Counted from the stretch's first letter, positions 1-10,262 are shown. The stretch: DNA of 64,000 nt from Candidatus Poribacteria bacterium (GCA_965215015.1 OZ244042.1:2944001-3008000), one strand, 5' to 3'. The notes: generated from the letters alone by a model not told the origin. Translations and numbers: made by a program.

Positions 1-213
1 AAATGAAGAACTGCGTATCTTCTTACAACGGATTCTATAATTCTCCTTGTGTTTTGTCAACGCTTTCGATATAATAAAGGGACAAAACCTTGGTATATTA
101 TTAACTATTACCATGGATTCCAAATGAGACTCAGATATTCCTCATTTGAAACGCAACAAATAGGGATCTGGGTCAATACCATATTCTTAACGATTATTGG
201 GAGCGAAAATTTT

Positions 214-555
214 ATGGCAACTGAATCGATGACCATCCGTGACAATGCGGAGGCAAAGATTATCGATGTGAATGAAGATTTGGGAAGTTACGCGGCTGCC
301 GATTTACGAACAGCAATTGACACCCTGATTAATGAATCAGCTCAGCAGATTGTTGTGAATCTAAGCCAAGTCCAACATATTAACAGTACAGCCATCGGTG
401 CGATGGTTGGCTCTGCAAAGCGGCTCCGCCAGAATGATGGCGATCTCAAGGTTTACGGTCTGGCGGATAATCTCAAACGGACATTTGATTTAGTGGGCGC
501 CTCTAGCGTTCTAGAAATCTATGACGCGGAACATGGCGCGGTCGCTGCTTTCTAG
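214..555 (+). CDS. STAS-domain anti-sigma factor antagonist (RsbV/SpoIIAA family)
   Basis: 113 aa from ATG 214 (the track's upstream start is unlikely); VVNLSQVQHINSTAIGAMV ... LKRTFDLVG STAS signature with phosphoacceptor Ser. Confidence 0.9.
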   Translation: MATESMTIRDNAEAKIIDVNEDLGSYAAADLRTAIDTLINESAQQIVVNLSQVQHINSTAIGAMVGSAKRLRQNDGDLKVYGLADNLKRTFDLVGASSVLEIYDAEHGAVAAF

Positions 556-690
556 ACAGCCACTCAGATGCCGATGTAAGGCCCTAAGATTGGTTTAAGT
601 TCAAAAGACCTCAAACGTTTCTAGGGATTGGGCGATTTAGTTGTATAATTTCCGCGCCAAGCCCTTAACCTGTCGAGTTGGTGTTCTGGT

Positions 691-1152
691 ATGACTCAAG
701 CGCGAAAGGCCAAACAGGAAATTCTCAAACTCGCCGTACCTAGCTGTCTGAAGTATATTCGCCCAATTCAGGTGTTCATTGGACAACTAGCGCAACAGCT
801 TGGGTTTTGCCGGCCCCGCATTTATGATATTGAGCTTATTATCGATGAAGTTTGTAGTAATGCCATCGAACACGGCTCAAAGACCCCTGATTCAGGAATC
901 GATGTGACCCTGATGTTCGATTCTAGCAAGTTAGAAATTCATGTGCGAGACAAAGGGAAATCCTTACAGGAGAATTGGCTGGCAACGGGGAGACTGGATG
1001 AAGTTTCTCAAAAAATGACTCCCGGCAATGAACGGGGACATGGCATCTTTCTCGCTGAAAAGCTTTCCGATTCCCTCGAAATACTGCCCAACCCGCTTGG
1101 GGGGACTGATGTTCAAGTTGTTTTCCACCTTTCCGCAAGCGATGCTTTATGA
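691..1152 (+). CDS. Anti-sigma factor / Ser kinase, RsbW/SpoIIAB-like HATPase_c
   Basis: ELIIDEVCSNAIEHG N-box, VRDKG G1 box, RGHGIFL G2 box. Confidence 0.88.
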   Translation: MTQARKAKQEILKLAVPSCLKYIRPIQVFIGQLAQQLGFCRPRIYDIELIIDEVCSNAIEHGSKTPDSGIDVTLMFDSSKLEIHVRDKGKSLQENWLATGRLDEVSQKMTPGNERGHGIFLAEKLSDSLEILPNPLGGTDVQVVFHLSASDAL

Positions 1153-1166
1153 CCAACATCTAGGCA

Positions 1167-1190
1167 AGCCCAAGCCTTTATGCTTGGGCT
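1167..1190 (+). terminator. Stem-loop downstream of the anti-sigma gene
   Basis: AGCCCAAGC-ctttat-GCTTGGGCT perfect 9-bp stem; no clear U-tract. Confidence 0.45.
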
Positions 1191-1236
1191 CAATGGGTTA
1201 ATTTTGTTGATTTTTCCCGATAAATATGATAGAAAT

Positions 1237-1389
1237 TGTCCCTACAGTTGGTCAGCTGGCTCTCATCAATTGAGATCGAGGATTAAAACTCTCCATGCTG
1301 CATCGAAATTAGCTGAGGGGTTTGAACAGTTCTTATCTCAAACGCGGAGGAAGTGAGTACTACGTTGGCAACCGGTTGAAGTGGCACAA
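1237..1389 (+). ncRNA. Candidate structured ncRNA (long imperfect hairpin)
   Basis: Nested pairings TTGAGAT(1270)/ATCTCAA(1335), AAACTCTC/GAGGGGTTT, GTCAGC/GTTGGC; preceded by TTGATT-17-(TG)TAGAAA; lies between convergent genes. Confidence 0.3.
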
Positions 1390-1429
1390 AGAGATTAGAT
1401 GGAAGCGTCGTGGGTTGTTTATGATCTGA

Positions 1430-1852
1430 CTACCTCCTTGTAAGCCTCTTAACCATCTTGATGAGTGTACCGGACTTTTCGTAAGTAACGTCATCCATAC
1501 ACGATTCGATCAGAAAAAGCCCTCTGCCACTGCTTTTAAAGAGATTCTCGGGCTGCGTTGGATCTGGAACTAGTTCCCGGTCGAAACCCTGTCCCTGATC
1601 TTGAATAACAACCGTGAATCGATCTGGCTGAATAACGAATTCAAAATAAGCACGTTTCTCCGGATCTTCCTGATTCCCATGTTTTATGGCATTAGTGCCC
1701 GCTTCGACTACTGCCAGATTAATTTGGTCGCTCGATTCTTCGTCCAGCGGCATCTGGCTAAGAATTTCTGCGATGATAGCATGCAAGGTGTGAACCCACT
1801 GTAGTGAGCTGGGGAAATCTAGGCGAATCACTTGTGCAGTTGTTTGTCCCAC
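1430..1852 (-). CDS. Anti-sigma factor / Ser kinase, RsbW-like
   Basis: LAVVEAGTNAIKHGN, IQDQGQGFD, SSGRGLFLI motifs. Confidence 0.92.
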   Translation of the reverse strand: MGQTTAQVIRLDFPSSLQWVHTLHAIIAEILSQMPLDEESSDQINLAVVEAGTNAIKHGNQEDPEKRAYFEFVIQPDRFTVVIQDQGQGFDRELVPDPTQPENLFKSSGRGLFLIESCMDDVTYEKSGTLIKMVKRLTRR

Positions 1853-2027
1853 TTGCTCTCTTCTCCCATATCATTTGGTTAGCCACTGCCGGGGCGCAAA
1901 ATGGAGAGTGTACGATACTAAAGGCGAATGTAGGCAGGTATATCCATTTTTATTGTTATTTAACTTACTGATTTCAAAACACTTTCGCAGGAGCACGGGA
2001 ACATCATTGTGAAGAGGTAACAACCTT

Positions 2028-2369
2028 ATGTCCGAAGAATCATCGCGCATCCGCCAAAGCGCAGATATCAAAATTATTGATGTCAACGACTATTTGGGAA
2101 GTTACGCGGCTACTGAGTTACGCGAAACACTTACAGACCTTGTCAACCAAGATGTTCAGAAAATTGTTGTGAATTTGAGTCAGGTCGAGCATATTAACAG
2201 TGTGGCTATTGGGGCTCTTGTTGGTACTGCGAAGCAGCTTCGCCTCAAAGATGGAGATATCAAGATTTACGGTTTGGCTGAGAATATCAGGCGGACCTTT
2301 GATTTAATCGGTGCCTCTGATATTGTCGAAATTCATGACTCAGAAGATAGTGCCCTTTCCACTTTCTAG
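2028..2369 (+). CDS. STAS-domain anti-sigma factor antagonist (paralog of 214..555)
   Basis: VVNLSQVEHINSVAIGALV; close similarity to the first STAS protein. Confidence 0.92.
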   Translation: MSEESSRIRQSADIKIIDVNDYLGSYAATELRETLTDLVNQDVQKIVVNLSQVEHINSVAIGALVGTAKQLRLKDGDIKIYGLAENIRRTFDLIGASDIVEIHDSEDSALSTF

Positions 2370-2433
2370 GGCATGTTGATGAACTATTCGTCAATTGATT
2401 GAGGATGAGTACCCCAGCTCCATTTGCAGATTT

Positions 2434-3621
2434 CTACCACGTCGGTTCACAACCATCAATAGCAACGATTGTAATATCGTCATTTTTGGGTCTGCCACCA
2501 CTAAATTGATTGGTCGTGTTGAGGACAGCTTCAACAAGGACAGGTGCCGGTTGAGCGATTTGTTGCGTGATAACGTTCTGGATCCCTTGAGGCGTAAATT
2601 CCTCTCCCCGTGAATTTTGGAGCTCACAAGCCCCGTCGGTATAAAGGAATAGCCCATCGGAAGGGGTAAAAGGGTAGCGGTATGTTTGATATGTCGAATC
2701 TGGAAGCAGCCCTAACCCTTTCCCAACTAACCGGTTTTCAATAGGTTTACAAACATTGTGCTGACGTTGGACTAAAAATGGAAAAGGGTGCCCCGCGTTT
2801 GAGTAGTGTAGTGTCTGGTTGGCAAGATCTAGAACAGCACAGAATGCTGTGGCGAACATATATTGTTGTGAACTAATCATCTTGTTGAAGCGAGCGTTCA
2901 ACTCTTGGAGCAAGTGTCCAGGGTCGTCTGTCTGAACGCTCATCTCCTCAACAATCGTTTTAATAAACACAGTGATGAAGGCTGCAGAAACCCCATGGCC
3001 CATCACATCGGAGATGAAAACGCCTAATCGTCCCCGTTCAACCTCCCACAAATCGAAAAAATCTCCTCCTACCACAACTGCAGGTGTATAGTGTGAAACA
3101 ATTCGGAATCCCAATAAATCGGTAATTCCTTGAGGCATCAAGCTATCCTGAATCTCACTCGCCATCTGTAACTCTCTGTCCAAACGGTCGTTATGAATCT
3201 TGAGGTCGCGATTGGCTTGTTCGAGTGCATCATGGTATCTTTTAATACGCACCAGAGAGCTTACCCGTGCAAGTACCTCATGGCTGTCAAATGGCTTGGA
3301 GATAAAATCGTCCGCACCTGCTTCAATTGCCGTGATCCGATCCTCCTTGTCTGAAAGGGCTGTCACCATTACCACCGGGATAAATTGCGTAGACTCCTCC
3401 GCACGAATCCGCCGACAAACCTCAAATCCATTCATCCCTGGCATCATTACATCGAGCAAGATTAAATCGGGTGCCTCAATCTTCACCCGTTCAAGGGCTT
3501 CCTGACCGTTGGTTGCTGTGAGAACCGTGTATCCATCGGCTTGGAGCCGAATTTGAAGTAATCGGACGTTTTGTGGTTCGTCATCAACGACAAGGATTTT
3601 AGCGTTGAGTGGTTTATTCAT
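2434..3621 (-). CDS. Receiver-domain PP2C (SpoIIE/RsbU-type) phosphatase
   Basis: N-terminal REC (ILVVDD, LLDVMMP, KPF); PP2C motifs VGGDFFD, SDVMGHG, SNAGHP, YTDG, DDIT. Confidence 0.95.
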   Translation of the reverse strand: MNKPLNAKILVVDDEPQNVRLLQIRLQADGYTVLTATNGQEALERVKIEAPDLILLDVMMPGMNGFEVCRRIRAEESTQFIPVVMVTALSDKEDRITAIEAGADDFISKPFDSHEVLARVSSLVRIKRYHDALEQANRDLKIHNDRLDRELQMASEIQDSLMPQGITDLLGFRIVSHYTPAVVVGGDFFDLWEVERGRLGVFISDVMGHGVSAAFITVFIKTIVEEMSVQTDDPGHLLQELNARFNKMISSQQYMFATAFCAVLDLANQTLHYSNAGHPFPFLVQRQHNVCKPIENRLVGKGLGLLPDSTYQTYRYPFTPSDGLFLYTDGACELQNSRGEEFTPQGIQNVITQQIAQPAPVLVEAVLNTTNQFSGGRPKNDDITIVAIDGCEPTW

Positions 3622-3690
3622 TACCTTTGTGTCCTTTGAGAGGAGACATGGACGGATTCCAGTTACAGATTGGGAGAGTCTTTAGGAAAA

Positions 3691-4053
3691 TTATACCATA
3701 AATCTATCCCGATCTATACTATCCAGAGCCGCTAACGCTTCATCTTCAGTATCATACAAATCGAAGACATTATTGAGTTTCGTGATAAGCAACAGCGATT
3801 TGACAGATCTGTCGACATTTGAAAGTAAAAGCCGCACCTCGCGTCGCATTAGCGAAGCGCGCAGGGCAACTAGCATGCCTAATCCGACGCTGTCCATCAA
3901 GTCGACAGACTTGAGATTCAGAACGATATTTTTCTTGCCGCTATCAGCCAATTCCTGAATCTTGTCGCTCAATTGGATTCGATCATCGCCGAGAATACTG
4001 CCAGAAACCCTGAGAATGGCATTGTCTTTTTGATATGTGACTAAAAGATCCAT
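3691..4053 (-). CDS. STAS-domain anti-sigma factor antagonist
   Basis: VLNLKSVDLMDSVGLGMLV ... LLITKLNNVF. Confidence 0.92.
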   Translation of the reverse strand: MDLLVTYQKDNAILRVSGSILGDDRIQLSDKIQELADSGKKNIVLNLKSVDLMDSVGLGMLVALRASLMRREVRLLLSNVDRSVKSLLLITKLNNVFDLYDTEDEALAALDSIDRDRFMV

Positions 4054-4317
4054 GAGGTAATCTACTCCTAACTAGAAATATACAATCAAGGGATATGGAT
4101 AACAGTTTATTGGAAAGTGCGACTTGTCGTACAGATTGCCCAATCTGTGACCATCAGAATCATAAGCTAGAAACTTGTGTCACAATTAATCTACTCCATA
4201 ATTAAGCACATTTTTCAGTTTATCACAACCTTGTGTTGAGAGTCAATTATTTTTTTTATGGACCGTCCCGCTCTCCACTTCGCTTGGATCCCTGGAAAGG
4301 TGCAATCTATTTGTATA

Positions 4318-4517
4318 GGTTTATATAAAAAGAAAGTGCAAAACGCAAAACGCGTGAAACGTGAAAACCATTGGTTCATTGGTGCTGTTAGGCTAGGAAG
4401 CCCGACCTACGGGGCTTATAAAAAAATCCAAAACCGAAGAGAAATCGTAGGGGCGGGGTTTCCCACCCGTACTTGGCAAAAAATCGGTTTCTGTTGCACG
4501 ATTTCTTTACATGAGCC
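4318..4517. repeat. MITE-like repeat, family B
   Basis: ~180 bp near-copy of 17240..17435; right end TTGCACGATTTCTTTACATGAGCC; internal REP-like hairpins. Confidence 0.7.
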
Positions 4518-4530
4518 TTTGTATATTTGC

Positions 4531-4899
4531 TCAATTTAAATAATATTCCACCAACTCAACAAGCGCGTGCGTGTTAACCGGCTTGCTGATATAGTCATCA
4601 CAACCCGCGTTGCGAAACTGTTCCTGCTCTCCTTTCATCGCTGCAGCAGTGAAGGCGATGATTGGCACATGAGACCACTCTGCCTTGGCTTTAATCTGCC
4701 GAGTCAAATCCTCGCCACTGATACCGGGAAGCGCAATATCCATCAAAATCAAATCTGGCAACCCAGTTTGTAATATCGCAAGTGCCTCATTGGCATCAAC
4801 TGCCTCAAGCACTTCATAGCCTTTCGCCTTTAACACAATGCGTACAACCTTTCGGTTTATTTCCATGTCTTCAACCACTAGAATCCGTTGGGTGCTCAT
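4531..4899 (-). CDS. Single-domain response regulator (DivK/CheY-like)
   Basis: ILVVED, ILMDIALP, TAAAM, ISKP; overlaps the kinase stop (ATGA). Confidence 0.93.
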   Translation of the reverse strand: MSTQRILVVEDMEINRKVVRIVLKAKGYEVLEAVDANEALAILQTGLPDLILMDIALPGISGEDLTRQIKAKAEWSHVPIIAFTAAAMKGEQEQFRNAGCDDYISKPVNTHALVELVEYYLN

Positions 4900-7559
4900 G
4901 AGCGTGTCTCCGCTTTCTGGCTTGGTATTCGCAAACGTTCGATTCTTTTGATCGCTGTTAATAGTTCTGCCTTGACGTTGCCTGTCTTGGGGATGACTGA
5001 CTGAATCTGACCGTTGAGCCGGTCGCGGTCTTCGTCAGTGAGATCCAATGCTGTGCAGATAATAATTGGGATGTCACGGGTCCGCGGATCATCGGTTAAA
5101 CGCCGAACGACTTGGAATCCATCTACTTGCGGCATCATCATATCAAGAATAATTAGATCTGGCGATTGAGAAATTGCTGTTTCAATCGCTTCGCTGCCTC
5201 CGTAAACCTTCAGGACTTCATACCCATCGCTGGTCAGTACAGTGGACAACAATCGTACTGTCTGTGGGTCATCATCAACAACAAGGACGCGAGTCGAACC
5301 ATCCCGGCTGGGAAGTTTCAGAGATCGGATTGAAGCGATAAGGGCCTCCTTATCAATGGGTTTGACTAGATGGTCCACCGCCCCCAATCCAAATGCCAAT
5401 TGACGTTCTTCCGTTGCCGAGACGATGATGACCGGAATCGATCGCAAATTGGGTTTCATCTTCATCTCTCTCAATACTTGCCAGCCATCTTTCCTCGGCA
5501 GTAGAATGTCAAGCGTAATTGCAAATGGGTGAATTTCCGAGGCTTTGACAATGGCTTCTTCGCCATCTGTAGCATACTCTACTTGGTATCCTGCTTCTGT
5601 TAGGTAAATTCCCAAAAGCTGGGCGGCTTGTTCATTGTCTTCAGCAACTAAGATGGTGCGGTTCTTGCTAGTGCTAGGAGGAATAGCAGTTTCAGGGCTG
5701 GAAGCCTCTGGCGCAGTCACCTCTCCCTGCTGGCGTAACGGGAAGGTGAAGGAAAAGGTGCTCCCTTTTCCTATCTCGCTTTCGACCCAAATCTTTCCCC
5801 CATGCAATGCAACCAGTCGATTGGTCAACGCCAGTCCCAGCCCGGTACCACTATGTGCGCGGGTCCTTGAAGCATCGAGTTGTGTGAAGGGTTGAAATAA
5901 TTTCTCTCTGTCTTGTGGCGAGATGCCCACGCCGGTATCGGTCACCCGAGTTAGTAACGCTGAACCCGAGTGCTCAAACGTCATCGTAACAACCCCACCT
6001 TCATCGGTAAACTTGATCGCGTTGGAAAGCAGATTGTAGAGGATTTGCTTGAATTTGGTTTTATCTGCTTCTATCAAGACATCCTGATCAAATTCGAGAG
6101 AGAGTCGAATCTGTTTCTTATTTGCAAGGGCAGCAATAACCGCCTTGATTTCCTCCATCGCCTCCTGAAGGGAGAAATGCTCCAGTTGCAACTCCATTTT
6201 ACCAGCCTCGATTTTTGACAGGTCGAGGATATCGTTAATCATGGTGAGGAGATGATGTCCACTAGTATGGATGTCGAGGACTAATTCTTTCTGATCATTG
6301 TTAATGGTGCCTAGGATTTCATCCCGCAAAATCTCAGAAAATCCGATAACCGCATTTAACGGTGTGCGGAGTTCGTGACTCATGGTGGCGAGAAATTCAC
6401 TCTTGGCGCGGTTTGCATGCTCAGCGGCTTCTTTGGCTTCCTGCAATGCTATCTCAGCTTGCACCCGATCGGCGATGTCAGTGTTAATACCGACCCAGTT
6501 GATAATGTTGCCCGAAGTGTCCCGAACAGGGGTGCCAATAAAAATAAAAGTTCGATAGGAACCATCTTTGGATCGAAACCGGCACTCACCGCTGTATGTC
6601 TCGCCGTGCTTATATGCGCGTTCCCATTTTGCAAGTACCGCCGGAAGATCTTCCGGGTGCAACGCTTCTGCCCATCGCGTGCCCAATGATTCCTCCTCGG
6701 TGAGTCCAGAGAACTCATGCCAAGCTTTGTTTAGAAGGGCAACCTGACCATCAGCGTCTGCAACCCAAATTACCTGTGGAGCTGCTTCAATGAGTGTACG
6801 ATAGAGTGCTTCTTGGGAAGCGAGTGCCTTTTCCGCCTCCTTCTGTTTGGTTACATCCCGCCACGTTGACCGACTCGCGACAATCTTGCCGGTTTCGTCG
6901 CGCATCGGTGTCGCTTGCAGAAGCACCTCAATCGTGCTGCCATCTACCCGGCGAAGGGTCCGTTCCTGTCTGATAATTTCGCCCGTTTCAATGAAGGTCA
7001 AGGACGTTTGTCGTGCAGCCTCTAGCGAGTCTGGGGTATACAGATTCAAGAAGGAATCGCCCATAATCTCCTCTTTGCTGCGCCCGATAACATCTGCAAG
7101 GGTTTGGTTACATTCTAAAATCCTTCCGCTAACTAAATCAACGACTGCCATCATATCCGGCGCGTTTTCGTACAGGTCACGGTAGTGGGCTTCTGCTTGT
7201 TTACGTTCGGTAATATCTCGTGCAACGGCATAATACAGCTGCTCTTCAAGGTATACCGTTGAACTCCATAAGAGCCATTTATACGAACCATCCTTGCATA
7301 GATATCGATTTTCAAAGGAAACGACGTCTTCGCCGGTTGTCATAATCTTTTGGGCTTCAGCAATTGTCGTCTCTTGGTCTTCAGGGTGAACAAACTCGAT
7401 GAAGGGCTTTGCTTTAAGTTCGTCAACTGTAAAGCCGAGTGTTTTTTCCCACATTGGGTTCAGTTCCTTGAAGTAACCGTCGAAACCGGCGATGCACAGC
7501 ATATCCAGCGATAGGGTAAAAAAACGATCGCGCTCAGTGGTATCGGCAGGAATAGTCAT
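4896..7559 (-). CDS. Hybrid histidine kinase PAS-PAS-PAS-HisKA-HATPase-REC-REC
   Basis: Three PAS/PAC repeats; H-box FLATMSHELRTPLN; NLLSNAIKFT, DTGVG, GTGLGL; two receiver domains; no TM segments. Confidence 0.95.
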   Translation of the reverse strand: MTIPADTTERDRFFTLSLDMLCIAGFDGYFKELNPMWEKTLGFTVDELKAKPFIEFVHPEDQETTIAEAQKIMTTGEDVVSFENRYLCKDGSYKWLLWSSTVYLEEQLYYAVARDITERKQAEAHYRDLYENAPDMMAVVDLVSGRILECNQTLADVIGRSKEEIMGDSFLNLYTPDSLEAARQTSLTFIETGEIIRQERTLRRVDGSTIEVLLQATPMRDETGKIVASRSTWRDVTKQKEAEKALASQEALYRTLIEAAPQVIWVADADGQVALLNKAWHEFSGLTEEESLGTRWAEALHPEDLPAVLAKWERAYKHGETYSGECRFRSKDGSYRTFIFIGTPVRDTSGNIINWVGINTDIADRVQAEIALQEAKEAAEHANRAKSEFLATMSHELRTPLNAVIGFSEILRDEILGTINNDQKELVLDIHTSGHHLLTMINDILDLSKIEAGKMELQLEHFSLQEAMEEIKAVIAALANKKQIRLSLEFDQDVLIEADKTKFKQILYNLLSNAIKFTDEGGVVTMTFEHSGSALLTRVTDTGVGISPQDREKLFQPFTQLDASRTRAHSGTGLGLALTNRLVALHGGKIWVESEIGKGSTFSFTFPLRQQGEVTAPEASSPETAIPPSTSKNRTILVAEDNEQAAQLLGIYLTEAGYQVEYATDGEEAIVKASEIHPFAITLDILLPRKDGWQVLREMKMKPNLRSIPVIIVSATEERQLAFGLGAVDHLVKPIDKEALIASIRSLKLPSRDGSTRVLVVDDDPQTVRLLSTVLTSDGYEVLKVYGGSEAIETAISQSPDLIILDMMMPQVDGFQVVRRLTDDPRTRDIPIIICTALDLTDEDRDRLNGQIQSVIPKTGNVKAELLTAIKRIERLRIPSQKAETRS

Positions 7560-7772
7560 GGTGTTTTATCTCCTTCATTTTTCGGACTCGAATCTTGATA
7601 ATCCGGGAAGCGAAAACTCGAACTTATAAAGTCTCTGTGAAAGGACTAATGAAGCTCTCCAAAGATTGGTTAGGCAAAAATTACCCTATACACTCTCTAA
7701 GATTTTTTGAATGTCGTAGGTTCTCCATTCTTCTTACTAATACTCATCATTGATAATCCCCATAACTATGCT

Positions 7773-9596
7773 TCATTTCTTTTTTAGCACCATTAATGTC
7801 AAATCATCGAAGCGTTGGGCTTCTCCTTGGAACTCTAGTGCTGCGTTATAAATTTCCGCGCAGATTTCGCTAGCGTCTGCGTAGCGTAGTTGGCTCGCAA
7901 GCTCTTCTAACCGTTCTTCATCATACATCTCTTCGTAGATATTTTGGGTTTCGGTGACACCATCAGTATAAAATAATACTATGTCTCCGCTGTAAAGTTG
8001 AATCGTTTCTTCTTCATATTCCGATATCTGACGAAGCATATCGTCAGGATACATACCTATCATTAGGCCGCCTGCCTCTAGCCGTTGTATGCTGCCATCT
8101 TGCCGAATAACGAGGGGGAAGGTGTGTCCCGCATTCAGTGAGGTGAGTTTACCTGTTTCTGGCTGCAATCGTGCGTAACTGAGCGTCGCGTATTTGTCAA
8201 TTGGGCTGCTTTCACGGATAAGGGTATTCAGGGCCATTGCCCTTGCTGGCAGATTTGCTTGCTTAGCAACCTCTGAGAGCACGGCTGCACGAAGTGTTGC
8301 CATCAACAAAGCTGCCTGCATGCCTTTGCCGGCAATATCAGCAATGACCAATCCCCACGAACCATCTGGCTCCTGAATGTAATCATAGTAGTCTCCCCCA
8401 ACGCCGTCATGATGTGGTATACTCATCCCAGTAATTTCATAGCCTGGAATCTCTGGAGACGCTTTTGGCAGAAGATTTTCTTGGATTTTTGCTGCTTCCT
8501 CCATTTCTGCCTGTAATCGCCGTCTCTCAATTGCTTCCTGATAAAGCCTTGCATTTTCGATTGCTACGCCAACTTGTGTAGCAAAGGCTTCAAGTAGAAT
8601 TCCATCTTCATCGGTAAACCCTAATGTGCGGCCGGCTCTACTTTCCTTACTGAAAACAACGAGTATCCCGAGGATTTCGCGTCCAAAAACTGGGACTGCT
8701 ATTAGATTTTTAGCACCAAATAGTGCAGCTGTCTCCTGGTCGTTGTGAATCTGTGTTTTCCCTTCCATTGCGACTTCATGAAGCATAGAAAGTGTGGGGT
8801 GAATTCTCTGGTCAGCTGCTAAAGGAATCGAAAAATATTTCGGGTCAGGGACAAATTTTAAGTCAAGCGCGAAGGGGTTTTTCATTTCAAGCTGCTGTGT
8901 AATTGGGTTAATAAGCATCAGACAACCTGCGCTGGCGTCTAGAAGGTTGACAGCATGATTGACGATTTCCTCCTCCAATTGGTCTGTATCTAATAGTTTG
9001 GCAATTTGGGCAGTTGTGTCGGAAAGCATGAAAAGACGGAATTTAGCGGCGCGCATATCTTCTTGAGAGCGCGAATGTGCAATCGCAACTGAGATATGAT
9101 CAGCAAAGACACTTAATAGTTCTCGAATCCACTCTGCCGCTTTATAATCGCCCAAAAATTCACCAATACTGATGACGCCTAGAAATTCCTCGTGAATCTT
9201 TAACGGAGCCCAGAGGGTTGGATTTAGAGCCTGCAGCTGTGGCTGCATCTCATCCAAAAACGATTTTAAAGAGGAAGGAGGTTGAGAAAAGTCAAGGGGG
9301 GAGCATTGAAGCATGACACCGATTTCATCGGATGTAACCGGAATGGCCAACGCCTCATTCACAGACTCATCTGCGATATTAATTGATGATTCAATACCAA
9401 GCAGACTCTCTGCTGGATTGTAGCGCAATATGGCACCCTTGGCTGCCTGCAATGTCTTAAGAACTATTCGCAGATAGGTCTGGCTTGATGCACCAAAGCT
9501 GCTCTGCCCGGAAACGAGGGCTTTACCAACCTCTCCAATCTCAGATAGACCCAGAATGAGTCGCTGCGTGGTTTGTTCAGCTAAATCAGGCTGCAT
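7773..9596 (-). CDS. GAF-domain PP2C (RsbU-type) phosphatase
   Basis: Two GAF-like segments (..AIENARLY); VGGDYYD, ADIAGKG, NAGH, YTDGVTE, DDLT. Confidence 0.93.
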   Translation of the reverse strand: MQPDLAEQTTQRLILGLSEIGEVGKALVSGQSSFGASSQTYLRIVLKTLQAAKGAILRYNPAESLLGIESSINIADESVNEALAIPVTSDEIGVMLQCSPLDFSQPPSSLKSFLDEMQPQLQALNPTLWAPLKIHEEFLGVISIGEFLGDYKAAEWIRELLSVFADHISVAIAHSRSQEDMRAAKFRLFMLSDTTAQIAKLLDTDQLEEEIVNHAVNLLDASAGCLMLINPITQQLEMKNPFALDLKFVPDPKYFSIPLAADQRIHPTLSMLHEVAMEGKTQIHNDQETAALFGAKNLIAVPVFGREILGILVVFSKESRAGRTLGFTDEDGILLEAFATQVGVAIENARLYQEAIERRRLQAEMEEAAKIQENLLPKASPEIPGYEITGMSIPHHDGVGGDYYDYIQEPDGSWGLVIADIAGKGMQAALLMATLRAAVLSEVAKQANLPARAMALNTLIRESSPIDKYATLSYARLQPETGKLTSLNAGHTFPLVIRQDGSIQRLEAGGLMIGMYPDDMLRQISEYEEETIQLYSGDIVLFYTDGVTETQNIYEEMYDEERLEELASQLRYADASEICAEIYNAALEFQGEAQRFDDLTLMVLKKK

Positions 9597-9911
9597 TTAA
9601 AGACCTTTGTTCTGATGTAGCCGCGCACCTAGGGGAAAGAAACCGAGTTTTTCACACGGGAAAATGCCCATCTGTTCGGCAAACTGCGTCAGTCAACAGG
9701 ATAGTAGGTTGTGCTTGAGTGCCAGCTACGGCTTTAGCGAGGACTGCTATATCTCGATTAGAACCTTGGCAGCCAAGCACCTACTATCGCCCTGAATCGA
9801 TACATTTTCTGCGCTTACTTTGAATTTGGTAGCGTGTCTCCTATATCTTCGGTGGTCTAAGACATTGGGAAACAAGTATGTATACATCTGTCTCGACAGG
9901 GAAGGTAATTG

Positions 9912-10262
9912 TTATCCATCAGCAAGTGCGGCAATTGCTTCATCCTCACTGTCGAAATGTTCAAATGTGGAGATTAATCGGCTTCTGATAATGAGACTCT
10001 TGACGTTCTTCTCGCTGACATTGATGACAGCGACTCGTCCACCCTTCTGTGCAATGGAGACATGTGCTCCCAGCAGGGTTCCGAGCCCGGAACTGTCCAT
10101 CACTGAAACATCAGCAAAATCAAATAAAAATTTCGGCGAATTGGAAATTCTTGCATTTTCCTCATTAATCGCCTCACTGAGATCGCGAACAGCCCTTCCG
10201 ATAATCTTGCCCTTGGGTTTTAAGATGATTACATCATCTCTTTGACGAATATCGACAGCCAT
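9912..10262 (-). CDS. STAS-domain anti-sigma factor antagonist
   Basis: FDFADVSVMDSSGLGTLL canonical motif; GGAGG RBS. Confidence 0.93.
   Translation of the reverse strand: MAVDIRQRDDVIILKPKGKIIGRAVRDLSEAINEENARISNSPKFLFDFADVSVMDSSGLGTLLGAHVSIAQKGGRVAVINVSEKNVKSLIIRSRLISTFEHFDSEDEAIAALADG

Noticed and set aside
4258-4539. 93-aa ORF, and similar short ORFs at 17338..17896, 25491..25679, 53651..53905
   Set aside because: They lie within MITE/REP repeats, with no RBS or protein-like features
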